A DNA stretch of 64,000 bases from a virus (taxonomy: Duplodnaviria > Caudoviricetes): IMG/VR virus record IMGVR_UViG_3300038530_003085, positions 32,001-96,000 of that record; one strand, 5' to 3'. A model generated the notes under the pieces. It made no database searches, was not told the DNA's origin, and saw only the letters and a list, made by a program, of their open reading frames with translations. Positions 35,670 to 45,473 of this stretch are shown one piece after another; the stretch's first letter is position 1; each line of letters opens with the position of its first letter. The position numbers and the translations under genes are program-made.

Positions 35670-36637
35670 GGTGTGGTTTTAAGTTGGTACATATTTTCTT
35701 TGTTTGTGCCACTCTTAATTTGTGGCGCAAAGTATACATTAATGTTCCAGCCATAATGCTTAGATACTTTCTTTGCCCAATCAAGAACCTTTTGTCTTTC
35801 AGCTTTTAGCTTAGCATCATTCTTGCCAGCCATATTACCCACACAATATATTAATGTATAAGTGATGTTTAAATTATCCATAGCCTTAGACGCGATGAAA
35901 CCAATAACATTTGGATTTGTATGACTCAAGTTCATAAAAGGGAAGACTGCCTCGCCGCTTGAGATCTCGCCCACCTTTGTGCCTGAAAAGTTATGCAGTG
36001 TCTTGTACATTTCAAAAAGCTGCTTCTTAGTGTATGTTTCATATCGCACACCAATGTGTCCTTTAAGGGAACCCTCAATAGAGCGAACCCACCAATCTTT
36101 TTCCTTTCCAGCGTTGGGCAGTTTCTTCCGATAAATATCTACAGCCTGTTCGATATATTTGTCTTCGTTTCCAGTGTAGGCAAATCCAACCTTTAAAGTC
36201 ATCGCCCCAGACGATTGCTGACGACAAAGATAATCTTTAATATCTTGTGAAGCGTTAGGTGAGCTTTTAGGGTGATCGTTAAATTGCAACTGCAGATCTT
36301 CCCACTCATCAGGAGTAGGAGTAAGCTGAGTATCATGATACCAGCTAACCCATAAATGTGTTCCGGCAGCCTCTGCGGCTAAAGCTCGTGTATTTCCATC
36401 TTTTAGCTCATATTCTCCACCCGGCAGCTTGCGGACTGATGCAGGAGGAAATGCTTTAGGACCATCTTGTCGAAAGGTGGCCGTATAAGCAGGAATTTTA
36501 CTCGTCATATGACCAGCAGATCTAATTTGTGATTTGCTTTTACTATACTTTAGTGAACTTGTGGGTACAAGTTGTGTGTATAGGATGTCAAAATTAGAAA
36601 TCTTACCTTTAAGATCATCGTAAATTTGTTCTCTCAT
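35666..36637 (-). CDS. ParB/sulfiredoxin-like domain protein
   Basis: QIR...FPP...YELKDGNTRALAA. Confidence 0.6.
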   Translation of the reverse strand: MREQIYDDLKGKISNFDILYTQLVPTSSLKYSKSKSQIRSAGHMTSKIPAYTATFRQDGPKAFPPASVRKLPGGEYELKDGNTRALAAEAAGTHLWVSWYHDTQLTPTPDEWEDLQLQFNDHPKSSPNASQDIKDYLCRQQSSGAMTLKVGFAYTGNEDKYIEQAVDIYRKKLPNAGKEKDWWVRSIEGSLKGHIGVRYETYTKKQLFEMYKTLHNFSGTKVGEISSGEAVFPFMNLSHTNPNVIGFIASKAMDNLNITYTLIYCVGNMAGKNDAKLKAERQKVLDWAKKVSKHYGWNINVYFAPQIKSGTNKENMYQLKTTP

Positions 36638-36638
36638 T

Positions 36639-37133
36639 TTAAATTACCTTTGTCCCATATTGTTGAATTTCAGACCACGTAATGTTTGCGCTTAGACGTG
36701 GATCTTTTTTATCTAAGACAGTATCGTATTTTTGCTCAAGCTTCGGCAGCAAGATATTGTAGACATCAATGCCGCTCATTTTCCAAGACTCAACAAGCTT
36801 GCCGTCTTTAAACCTATTATAATAGTGTTCAGGGTATTTTGCAAGCTTTTCTTCAAATAAATATCGCTTTTGTTCTTGCCAAGATGACTGAACTGAGATG
36901 CCAGTATAAGAACCTTTACACTTACTTGAAATAGTAGACTTGTATTCTACCTCCTGACCCTCTGCATTGACAGCATCGGCACCAGAAAATGTGTCGGCAA
37001 CCGTATGTCCTAGAACTGTAGCTGCATAGATTTCTTTGCTACGTGCGTAACTAAAAGGATCGCCCCACCCTTCCTCTTTGCAGACTTGTGCCAATTCCTC
37101 ATAAAGCATTTGATAACGTTGCTCAGGACTCAT
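36639..37133 (-). CDS. PvuII-like type II restriction endonuclease
   Basis: GADAVNAEGQEVEYKS, LAKY and YGTKVI match, from memory, PvuII GNDAVDNAGQEYELKS, IAKY and HGTKIY; similar length. Confidence 0.7.
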   Translation of the reverse strand: MSPEQRYQMLYEELAQVCKEEGWGDPFSYARSKEIYAATVLGHTVADTFSGADAVNAEGQEVEYKSTISSKCKGSYTGISVQSSWQEQKRYLFEEKLAKYPEHYYNRFKDGKLVESWKMSGIDVYNILLPKLEQKYDTVLDKKDPRLSANITWSEIQQYGTKVI

Positions 37134-37584
37134 CAGTGCTCCCCAAGGCTCCATCACCTCTATCGCTAATAGTAATCGCACTACGATACAAATCACCTGA
37201 TGTACTGTGTACGGCCCTAAAATTTACAACTGGAATCATTACAACTTGTGCAATCTTGTCGCCTGACTGTAAAAACTGTGGGCTTTTTCCGACGTTGTGT
37301 AGATTGATAAAGACCTCTCCATCATATCCAGAATCAATAACACAAGCACCAACAAGCAATGAGCGCTTAGAAGCCACAGAGCTTCGATTCTTTACCTCCA
37401 GCATATACCCGTGTGGAATACCGAATCGCAGTCCTGTAGGGATAATGCGACTTTCACCGGGATTTACTGATATTGCTTGTCCTTCGTTTACTGGTGAATA
37501 AAAAACATCAAGCCCTGCGTCAGAAGGATTGGCCCTCTGTGGATCGTGTGCATCAGGACGTGTACGGGCATACTCAATTATCAT
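37123..37584 (-). CDS. dut: trimeric dUTPase
   Basis: DAGLD, NRSS, VIDSGYDGE, GDKIAQ, RGDGALGST. Confidence 0.95.
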   Translation of the reverse strand: MIIEYARTRPDAHDPQRANPSDAGLDVFYSPVNEGQAISVNPGESRIIPTGLRFGIPHGYMLEVKNRSSVASKRSLLVGACVIDSGYDGEVFINLHNVGKSPQFLQSGDKIAQVVMIPVVNFRAVHSTSGDLYRSAITISDRGDGALGSTDES

Positions 37585-37825
37585 TTTGACCTCCCCTAAA
37601 CATGTTAAAGTTTTCAACGACTTCATCAATGTCCACGTTATCCTTAAAAAGACGGTATGCCTTCACAGCAGCACGAATTTCGTCAGTGCTAAGCCAGCCA
37701 TTCTCCCTAAATTCAGCTCGGAGTTCGCGCTTTTGTTCTTTGTAAGGCTCCATTGCTTCTTCAATTGCCACAAGGGAACGGATATATTCTTTAACGTATT
37801 GCATACGTTGGTCTTCGTTTGACAC
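37574..37825 (-). CDS. GapR/DUF2312- or T4 DsbA-like DNA-binding protein
   Basis: KEYIRSLVAIEE...KRELRAEFRENG...IRAAVK pattern. Confidence 0.5.
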   Translation of the reverse strand: MSNEDQRMQYVKEYIRSLVAIEEAMEPYKEQKRELRAEFRENGWLSTDEIRAAVKAYRLFKDNVDIDEVVENFNMFRGGQNDN

Positions 37826-37848
37826 TTTTACCTCCTAAGTGTACCTAA

Positions 37849-37877
37849 ATTATAATCAGTATTGACGGGGAAGTCAA
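37849..37877 (-). promoter_or_regulatory. sigma70-type promoter
   Basis: TTGACT-N17-TATAAT; the -35 contains the purA stop. Confidence 0.75.
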
Positions 37878-38860
37878 ATAGTTTTTGGGGATGCAGAGAA
37901 GAAAATTTCATCTACACATTCTGGGGCATTGTCGGTGATAAATTTCATAAAGCCGTCTTCACCATCAGCAAAGAAAGCGTCTGGATTTTTCATACCCCAA
38001 CTTTTAACTTCACGTAGTACATCAACTTTATTAAAGATCAGCTTGTTTACTCCATTCATACGAATAGCTCTAGTAAGTTTCTCAAAGTCAAGCCAGTTAC
38101 ATTGCCGAACGCGGCCGGTCGTTGCACCAAATTCTGAACCTGCTTTTTGAATAGTCTCAAATATTTTGTCTTCTGGCTGAAATTTTTTCATTCCAACATA
38201 AGTTTCGTAAACTTTTGCAACACCCCACACATTACGAATTGATCGAGGATCAATCCCATTATTGATGGCTGCACCAACACCACAGTTGCTACTTGTCACA
38301 AATGGGTAATCACCCCAATCCACATCAAGCCAAAAGCCTTGGGCCCCTTCCATTAGAATAACTGATTCCTCACCACCGTATAATTCTTCTTGCATATCCA
38401 CAATAAAAGGAGCTAGCAGCGGTACGTTCTCGGCACGAACACCTGATCTGTGAAACTTATCTCTATACGCAGGACCATTACCAGACTTAGTGGTGCCAAT
38501 CTTATAGTCTTTAGAATCTTCGGTTACGTGTTCTTTAGTAATAATATGAGCGTTTCTAGCAATCTTAACATTGTTCTCAATGTCAATCCCGTTTTCTGCT
38601 AGATAGTTTAGCTCTTTAAGAAACTTGTCAATGTTAACCACACATCCGGGCCCAATGATCGCCGGGATCCCAAAGAATACCGATGCTGGAATATGGTGGG
38701 TAACAAATTTCTTATCGTTGTGAAAGATAGTGTGGCCCGCGTTACACCCACCGTTAAAGCGTATGCAATGTGTGTAGTCGCCATTCTTAAGTAAATGATG
38801 AGTTACCTTTCCTTTACCCTCATCACCGTGCTGTATGCCCAAAACAATATCTGTAATCAA
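37874..38860 (-). CDS. purA: adenylosuccinate synthetase (short form)
   Basis: GDEGKGK, GGCNAGHT, EGAQG, PFVTSS, EFGATTGR. Confidence 0.93.
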   Translation of the reverse strand: MITDIVLGIQHGDEGKGKVTHHLLKNGDYTHCIRFNGGCNAGHTIFHNDKKFVTHHIPASVFFGIPAIIGPGCVVNIDKFLKELNYLAENGIDIENNVKIARNAHIITKEHVTEDSKDYKIGTTKSGNGPAYRDKFHRSGVRAENVPLLAPFIVDMQEELYGGEESVILMEGAQGFWLDVDWGDYPFVTSSNCGVGAAINNGIDPRSIRNVWGVAKVYETYVGMKKFQPEDKIFETIQKAGSEFGATTGRVRQCNWLDFEKLTRAIRMNGVNKLIFNKVDVLREVKSWGMKNPDAFFADGEDGFMKFITDNAPECVDEIFFSASPKTI

Positions 38861-38868
38861 GTTGCCTC

Positions 38869-39582
38869 CTAAACGTTTATATTGAAAAGATGTTTGATAA
38901 ACTTACGAATCAGATTGTCTTTCTGTTCATCAGTTTCGCATTCAGAGAATGAATAATTATATGTTGTTTTCTTTTTGCTAACTTGTTCTTTCATCATTTT
39001 TAGTTCTTTTTTCATCCAGCGGATTTGCTGTTTATAATTTTTAGGACTCTTAATTTTAAACTTGGAAGCTAAATCAAGCAACACAAAATATTTTCTTTCA
39101 TCTAAAGCTTCTTTAGCTTTATTGAACATATCAATCATATCATCACGTTCTTCAGTTGTCAAGGAAGAACTAAGCTTATCTGGATGTAATTTTAATGCCA
39201 ACGCTCGAAAGAGCTTCACAAATGACTCGTGCATCTCAAGCTCTTCTTGAGTCATCTCATATTCAGTTTGTTTATTATTGTTCGGTGAATTTGCAAATGT
39301 TGAAGGTAAATTTTCGTTATCGTGTTCGGGGTCAATATCTATTACTTTTTGCTCGTCAGTTTCTTTGTCTTCATTTATTGAATAGAGTTCCGTAATCTTA
39401 TCGTGATTTTCTCTATTCAATTTATCGATATCGATATTGTTTCTTCTACAAAATTCCTCGTAATAAGCTTGAAAGTGCTTATTATACTCGTAAATTATAG
39501 AGTCTACTAACTCAGCTTCTTCATTTAAAAATGTCAACTCGTTAATAAGTCTTTTCCATCTTATGATATCAATATTTGACAC
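38869..39582 (-). CDS. J-domain-containing protein
   Basis: LFRALALKLHPDK...FNKAKEA. Confidence 0.75.
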   Translation of the reverse strand: MSNIDIIRWKRLINELTFLNEEAELVDSIIYEYNKHFQAYYEEFCRRNNIDIDKLNRENHDKITELYSINEDKETDEQKVIDIDPEHDNENLPSTFANSPNNNKQTEYEMTQEELEMHESFVKLFRALALKLHPDKLSSSLTTEERDDMIDMFNKAKEALDERKYFVLLDLASKFKIKSPKNYKQQIRWMKKELKMMKEQVSKKKTTYNYSFSECETDEQKDNLIRKFIKHLFNINV

Positions 39583-39616
39583 TTGTTAGCCCTCATATAT
39601 AAGTAGAGCTAAGTGA

Positions 39617-40219
39617 TTAATGAAGTCCAAATTCAACCTTGATAGATACACTAAAGTCTGGGACGTAGCTGTGATTAGCTAAATTATGCTTCAGGCACTC
39701 GTCATGCTCTAAAAACCAATCAGAATGCCCCTTATCGTGCACAATATCGAGAAAATAGTCTGAGTGATGACCGCAGTTTTCCGCCATCATATGATATATC
39801 TTCGTATTAAGACGATCAGTTTCCTCAGCAGATGCTTTAATCTCTTCGACTTTGCCCCAGCCCATAGAACTAACATCATGAATCATAAGCGTCGAATCAG
39901 GATCCATATATCTATGACCTTCAGCACCAAAACTAAACAATATAGCACCGCAAGACATCGCCTTGCCTTGAACTATTGTTGCCACTGGAACTTTGGAGTG
40001 TTTGATATCGGATATCATTGACATCAAACTATAAACTTGACCACCATAACTGTCGATAATAACTGGTATTATGTTCTGGCCTGTGTTTTGAGCCTTCATA
40101 ATTGCTGTTGAAAAAGCTTTTGCTGTGGCTTCGTCGAATTTATTAATCCTAACAATGACAGGTTCATTTTTTAGCTCTGGCTCTTTGAGAAGCGGGCTAT
40201 AATATCTCATTACGTTCAT
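39617..40219 (-). CDS. clpP: ClpP-family protease
   Basis: IDSYGG, GKAMSCG, LMIHDV, SDWFL. Confidence 0.88.
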   Translation of the reverse strand: MNVMRYYSPLLKEPELKNEPVIVRINKFDEATAKAFSTAIMKAQNTGQNIIPVIIDSYGGQVYSLMSMISDIKHSKVPVATIVQGKAMSCGAILFSFGAEGHRYMDPDSTLMIHDVSSMGWGKVEEIKASAEETDRLNTKIYHMMAENCGHHSDYFLDIVHDKGHSDWFLEHDECLKHNLANHSYVPDFSVSIKVEFGLH

Positions 40220-40224
40220 ATTTT

Positions 40225-43200
40225 TTATCCTAACAATCTAAAATTGTGCCGAATAGAACGAGTGGAAAATCCCCACTGCTCATTGTAGTCAAGCCGGCTC
40301 ATATAAGGTCTGTTGATATGAACTTGATCTTTATCAGGCTTAACTCCCCAGCACCTAATTCTAGTTAGTTCATTGTTTGAGTCAATCGCCTCAATAATCC
40401 AATAAAGTTTACCATTCTTAGTTTTCTTCTCAACAATCTTACGTGGGATAAACCAACAAATTTGCAACTCTTCATCAAATTCAGAGATGGGTGGAATGTA
40501 CTTTTCCTTAAGCTTTTCAATAGTTTCTGTAGAAATAACGAGGTTGATAGGGAAAACACCGATCAGTTCGGTTTTGAACTGGATGATCTCCTCTTCAGAG
40601 AAGTCACCCTCGGGGGCAAAGATATCAATGTTCTCGCTAAATTTCTTCAAGTTCTTAGGACGCTCAACAATACAAGCAGACCAGAAATGTTTACGTCCCG
40701 TAAAACGATCATCTACAATATTGTCTAGTGCACCGCCGCGGCAAAGTGCATCGAGCGCTTTCTTATTGAGTTTGCTATACGAAATATCTTCGCGGAATAG
40801 AAGATCTTCGGCATTCATGAATGGTCTATTTTCCAACACTTGCTCGATGGCTGCCATACCTAGGCCCTTAATCGATGTCAATGGTTGAATAAGTGTTTTA
40901 CCATCGTCACTAATCTCCCAGACAGTACCAGATTTATTAATATCTAAGGCGGCAATCTCGAATCCATATTTCTTGGCAATGTTGATTGCTTTTTCCTTAC
41001 GAGATTCTGGCTCTTTGTCCAAGAAAGCTGCCATCCATTCAGCAGGGTAGTAGTTGAATAGCCAAGCACACTGGTAGGAGATAATTGAATAACTTACGGC
41101 GTGAGACTTATTGAAACCGTATCCAGAGAAATATTCAAACTTATCCCAAAGAGCTTGCGCTTCATCTCGTGGGATCTTCTTGGATACGCATCCATCAATA
41201 AACTTACTATGAAGTTTATTCTTCACTGAGCCTTTACCCGTACCCTTCTTTGTCAACACTTTACGAAGCATATTACCTTCATCAAGTGTTAAGCCGCCAA
41301 GCTTGTGAGCAAGCAGTGCAATCTGTTCTTGAAAGATTAGAAAGCCAAAAGTTTCCTCAGTGATTTCGCGAGCGTCTTCATTTAGATACTGGATATAGTG
41401 TGGGCTTTCCTTTGCCTCAACATATTCGTCGTGTACATTAGCAGCTAGTGGACCCGGACGATAAATAGATGTGATAGCTGACACATCAATGATGTTGGTT
41501 GGCTTCACTCGAGTACAGAACTGTTGTGCTCCGTGCTCTGTGAACTGGAAGATACCTGCCCATTTACCCTTATGAAAGATATTTTTATACACATTCTGAT
41601 CATTCAAATCGATTACATCAGGGTGTAAGTTCTTTTCGTAATATTCGCGCACTTGAGCGAAGGTTGGCTCCTCAACTCCGTGATGACGCTTGAGGATGTG
41701 ATAAATAGCACCTTCCATCATCTTGAGCGTAGAGAGACCGAGTAAGTCGAACTTAATAAATCCCATCGGTTCGAGGTGCCTGACGTTCTGACCTTCAGCC
41801 CACGGAGCCTGACGGACGCCGCCTGAATTAATTAAGGGCATACTCTTATCAAGGTCCTCTGCGATGACCACACCGCCAGCATGTCGAGAACAAGAACGAA
41901 CCTGACCAACCAGACCTTCAACGTGTGTTTTAACCGCTGGATACTTATCAAGGTATGCACGCAATGTTGGCGAGAATTCAATCACCTCTTCCCACGTGGG
42001 ACTATAAACACCGGCTCGAATGCCGTGTTTCTGCTTAGCGGCGGGTGTAGCCTCTCGAATCATAATAGAGGTTACAGTATTAACTTCTGTAAATTCGATG
42101 TTGTACAATTTTGAAATATCTTTGATCAGTGACTTGAGTTGCAGAGTATTCCAATTAGAAATGGGAGCAACACAGTCCTCACCCCACATTTCGACCAGCT
42201 TCTCCTTCAAGGTCATACTATCAGACACATCATAATCGATATCTGGATAGTCTGTTGCGTCTGATCGCAAAAACCGAGAGAACAGCAGTCCGTGTTTAAT
42301 CGGGTCAACTGTTGTGATATTAAGAGCGTATGCAACTAACGAACCTGCAGCAGATCCTCGACCGGGGCCTGTGAGCATCATATCAGTTGCCACATCAACA
42401 ATGGACTTCATTGTTAAGAAATACTTTGAGAATCCTCGGTCATCAATAACGTTGAGTTCTTGACGCAGACGATCGGTATATTCTTTGTTTGTATGAAGTC
42501 CTTTGTCTTTTAGTCCCTCAAGCGCATAGTTTACAAGTGCTTGCGTGGCCGTAAACCCTGCTGGAACGACGAATTCAGGCAAACGAACGGTATTATCCGG
42601 CAAAAACTTTTCAATGCGCTCAAAGGCGATACGGTGCGTTTCTTCAATACTTTGCAAAACCAAGTCATCATCATAATCAAAACCTTGTTCCTTAGAGTAT
42701 TGCTTGTAACTCTCCCACATCTGATCCCCATTCTTAGGGTATAGCTCGTAACCAATCTCTTCGACGCCATCTGGCAACTCTGATTCGCCTTCAGCCCAAG
42801 ATGGAGTGCCTTTGCCAAGCCAACCAAGACGCTTGTAAAGCTCACGGTCCTTCCAAGCGTCAGGGTTGGGGTAATGGCTATCGGCTGTAGAAACCAGTCC
42901 AACGCCAAACTCTTTGGCAACTTGAATTACATATTTGTTCAATTCATGTTGCTCTTTAATATTATTCCACTGGATCTCGGCATACCAGCGATCACCGAAA
43001 ATGTCCACCATACGTGCTGTTGTTTCACGCATAGCTTCAAGCACGGCTTCATCGCCTTCCTCTCGATTTTCCCAGTAGTTACCTGCATACACCCCGCCAA
43101 GACAAGCAGAAGAAGCGATGATGCCCTCATTGTACTTTTCCAATAGCGCATAGTCAATACGTGGGTAGCGGTAAAAATTCTCCGGTTGATATGATTCGGA

Positions 43201-43659
43201 TACCAACTTAAATAGATTGTTCAGCCCAGTTTGATTCTGCGCTAGCAGGACAAGGTGACGCCGGCGACGTAAAATATCTTGAACTTGTTTACTATTGCCC
43301 TCGTCCTCAACGGTAGCGCCAGATTGAGCGTCTTTCTTGATTGAACGGGCGCGCTTCTTGTCTGCCATAGCTTGCTCATAGGCATCGCGCCACTCTGTAA
43401 TGGAGGGAGTGAAATATGCTTCACAACCAAAAATCGGCTTGAACTCTTTACCGGCCTCTTGCATTTTCTTGGCATGCAACACCTGATAAGCTAGCCCGTT
43501 CATATTACCGTGATCTGTTAGTGCTAGTGCTTCACATCCGTTCTCATATGCAAAATCCATATGATCCTGTGGATATCCAATAGCATCAAAGATAGAACCA
43601 GCCACACTGTGCGCGTGCAGTCCTACAAATTTAATTTTAGAGTAAACCCGCTCTGCCAT
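40225..43659 (-). CDS. dnaE: DNA polymerase III alpha subunit
   Basis: PHP LHAHS/TDHG, GPGRGSAAGS, PDIDYD, KFDLLGL, YGFNKSH. Confidence 0.97.
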   Translation of the reverse strand: MAERVYSKIKFVGLHAHSVAGSIFDAIGYPQDHMDFAYENGCEALALTDHGNMNGLAYQVLHAKKMQEAGKEFKPIFGCEAYFTPSITEWRDAYEQAMADKKRARSIKKDAQSGATVEDEGNSKQVQDILRRRRHLVLLAQNQTGLNNLFKLVSESYQPENFYRYPRIDYALLEKYNEGIIASSACLGGVYAGNYWENREEGDEAVLEAMRETTARMVDIFGDRWYAEIQWNNIKEQHELNKYVIQVAKEFGVGLVSTADSHYPNPDAWKDRELYKRLGWLGKGTPSWAEGESELPDGVEEIGYELYPKNGDQMWESYKQYSKEQGFDYDDDLVLQSIEETHRIAFERIEKFLPDNTVRLPEFVVPAGFTATQALVNYALEGLKDKGLHTNKEYTDRLRQELNVIDDRGFSKYFLTMKSIVDVATDMMLTGPGRGSAAGSLVAYALNITTVDPIKHGLLFSRFLRSDATDYPDIDYDVSDSMTLKEKLVEMWGEDCVAPISNWNTLQLKSLIKDISKLYNIEFTEVNTVTSIMIREATPAAKQKHGIRAGVYSPTWEEVIEFSPTLRAYLDKYPAVKTHVEGLVGQVRSCSRHAGGVVIAEDLDKSMPLINSGGVRQAPWAEGQNVRHLEPMGFIKFDLLGLSTLKMMEGAIYHILKRHHGVEEPTFAQVREYYEKNLHPDVIDLNDQNVYKNIFHKGKWAGIFQFTEHGAQQFCTRVKPTNIIDVSAITSIYRPGPLAANVHDEYVEAKESPHYIQYLNEDAREITEETFGFLIFQEQIALLAHKLGGLTLDEGNMLRKVLTKKGTGKGSVKNKLHSKFIDGCVSKKIPRDEAQALWDKFEYFSGYGFNKSHAVSYSIISYQCAWLFNYYPAEWMAAFLDKEPESRKEKAINIAKKYGFEIAALDINKSGTVWEISDDGKTLIQPLTSIKGLGMAAIEQVLENRPFMNAEDLLFREDISYSKLNKKALDALCRGGALDNIVDDRFTGRKHFWSACIVERPKNLKKFSENIDIFAPEGDFSEEEIIQFKTELIGVFPINLVISTETIEKLKEKYIPPISEFDEELQICWFIPRKIVEKKTKNGKLYWIIEAIDSNNELTRIRCWGVKPDKDQVHINRPYMSRLDYNEQWGFSTRSIRHNFRLLG

Positions 43660-43689
43660 ACATCCCTCCTGAAATAAATGTATTTAAAT

Positions 43690-43718
43690 AGTATAATCAA
43701 TATGACCGTACATTGCAA
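43690..43718 (-). promoter_or_regulatory. sigma70-type promoter for dnaE
   Basis: TTGCAA-N17-TATACT. Confidence 0.6.
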
Positions 43719-43720
43719 GT

Positions 43721-44608
43721 CTAAATTTCTTCAAAAGGAAACTTTTCGTGCGTATGTGGTCTAATCAGTTCTGAATAAGGCTTTTTAATAAGATTATCGG
43801 AGGACATATATTCTTTATACTGTGTCCACTGGTGTGCATCATAAAACCACGGAGTTTCAATCTTCGTCGTCTTGCTGTTCGTCATCACCGAATGGAAAAC
43901 AACGCTCAAAGGGAAGTGGCGAGCCGTCCACCTCTCCTTCAAGGGGAGTTTTTCCGAAGGAAAAGGCTGGTCGGGTGAAGGGGGTAAAAACTCCCTTGTG
44001 GTTTCTCTGTTGATGTGCTTTCTGCATTTTTTAAAATCCTCTCCAAACATTGTAAATGAAAGTGGCAAATCATTTTTAATGTTTTTGTTATTAAATGTAA
44101 AGAAAAAGTTGTTTTTCTTGTCTCGAATTAGTTTTCTATTTTCCCTAACGACCGAAAAATCGAAAAAACCTAACGGAAATGATACATAATACTTATCTGG
44201 CGTTAACCAAGACGATATTTTGTTAGCTGTATGCCAAGCTGTTAACTGGCCACAAAGGACCGACCATCCATAAGAGTCTCTTCTGTCTCTGTCCTTCGGG
44301 TGAATAGGAACGTAGTAAATAGGTATCTCTTTTCTTTCTTGGCTTGAGAATTTTGACATTCTATTGTAATAAACCGGGTCATATATCCAATCACCAACTG
44401 TGTGACGTATAATTGGCGCCATATCATCATTAGCAACAATCCATATTGTGCTACAACCAGCCAGTGCACATTCATACACCGACTTCTGTATGGCGGTGAA
44501 GCCATTGTCAACCGGTAACATAACCTCTGGCAGTGGGTTATCGTGATCTGTTTTAATATTAGCTATGGGGATAATCCCAGCCATATGTAGCCTAAAGCTT
44601 GTTTCCAT
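43721..44608 (-). CDS. divergent sugar-nucleotidyltransferase-fold protein
   Basis: AGIIPIA...PEVMLPV...ALAGCSTIWIV; lacks AAG-G-R. Confidence 0.55.
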   Translation of the reverse strand: METSFRLHMAGIIPIANIKTDHDNPLPEVMLPVDNGFTAIQKSVYECALAGCSTIWIVANDDMAPIIRHTVGDWIYDPVYYNRMSKFSSQERKEIPIYYVPIHPKDRDRRDSYGWSVLCGQLTAWHTANKISSWLTPDKYYVSFPLGFFDFSVVRENRKLIRDKKNNFFFTFNNKNIKNDLPLSFTMFGEDFKKCRKHINRETTREFLPPSPDQPFPSEKLPLKERWTARHFPLSVVFHSVMTNSKTTKIETPWFYDAHQWTQYKEYMSSDNLIKKPYSELIRPHTHEKFPFEEI

Positions 44609-45458
44609 TTAGATACTCATAGTTCATCAAAACATCATGATTGATTTGATTTAATAATTTAGACACATCGGAATTAATTTTTTTTATTCGATCATTCTCA
44701 ATCCAATGTGGCTGCTCTATCTTTAATTTTTTGCGTTCAATATTGTGAGCCTTGAAATCATAGTGTCGCGGTGTTCCATTCTTAGTAAAGCCGTTTTGTT
44801 TGCCCCGCATCCCGTTCTCTTTCATAATCGATAATAGCTTAAATCTTGCCATTGTGTTAGTAAATGACGGATCATTCAACTGCTCATAAGTGAGTGTTGA
44901 TAAAACATAAGCATCTTTAACACCAGTATTCCCGCAAATTCTGTCACTTGAGAAAAACCATACTTTGCTAACAAAATCATCGTCTGTCTGGAAGTAGTCG
45001 ATATCGTGTTTGCCACCTGATGTAAAAGCAATTTTATCGTAGACCTTATATCTAACATTTTTGGGCTCCTTTAAATTAATTAATTTGTATGTTTTATTAT
45101 CCCCACCATAAAAACAATTTTTAAATTTTATCTCGCATAATTTTGAATACTCTGTTGAACAAACTAATCTTTCGCCATCATATCTTATTGTATCACAAAT
45201 ATCTGCGAGTGGCAATAGTCCTTGCATAGACAATAGAAAATATAACCTTTCCCACATATCAATCTTTTGTATTCCAAACTTATAAATATTGTTAAAGGAT
45301 TTAAAACTGTTGGAACCGTCATTGTGATAGTCAACAAAGAAATCAAATTGATGTGGCTTGTTTTGCTCTGTGAAGAAAATTGGGTATTGATTGATAAATG
45401 CAAATAATAAAGATTTTAAATCGCTGCCAATCACGATATTATCGTATTCAAACTTCAT
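44592..45458 (-). CDS. hypothetical protein with degenerate Rossmann-like N-terminus
   Basis: YDNIVIGSDLKSL. Confidence 0.55.
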   Translation of the reverse strand: MKFEYDNIVIGSDLKSLLFAFINQYPIFFTEQNKPHQFDFFVDYHNDGSNSFKSFNNIYKFGIQKIDMWERLYFLLSMQGLLPLADICDTIRYDGERLVCSTEYSKLCEIKFKNCFYGGDNKTYKLINLKEPKNVRYKVYDKIAFTSGGKHDIDYFQTDDDFVSKVWFFSSDRICGNTGVKDAYVLSTLTYEQLNDPSFTNTMARFKLLSIMKENGMRGKQNGFTKNGTPRHYDFKAHNIERKKLKIEQPHWIENDRIKKINSDVSKLLNQINHDVLMNYEYLNGNKL

Positions 45459-45473
45459 TAAAATATTATAACT

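Noticed and set aside
37874-38860. PurZ / 2-aminoadenine (Z) genome pathway
   Set aside because: The catalytic loop is GDEGKG with Asp, as in PurA; PurZ has Ser there. No DatZ or MazZ recognised nearby.
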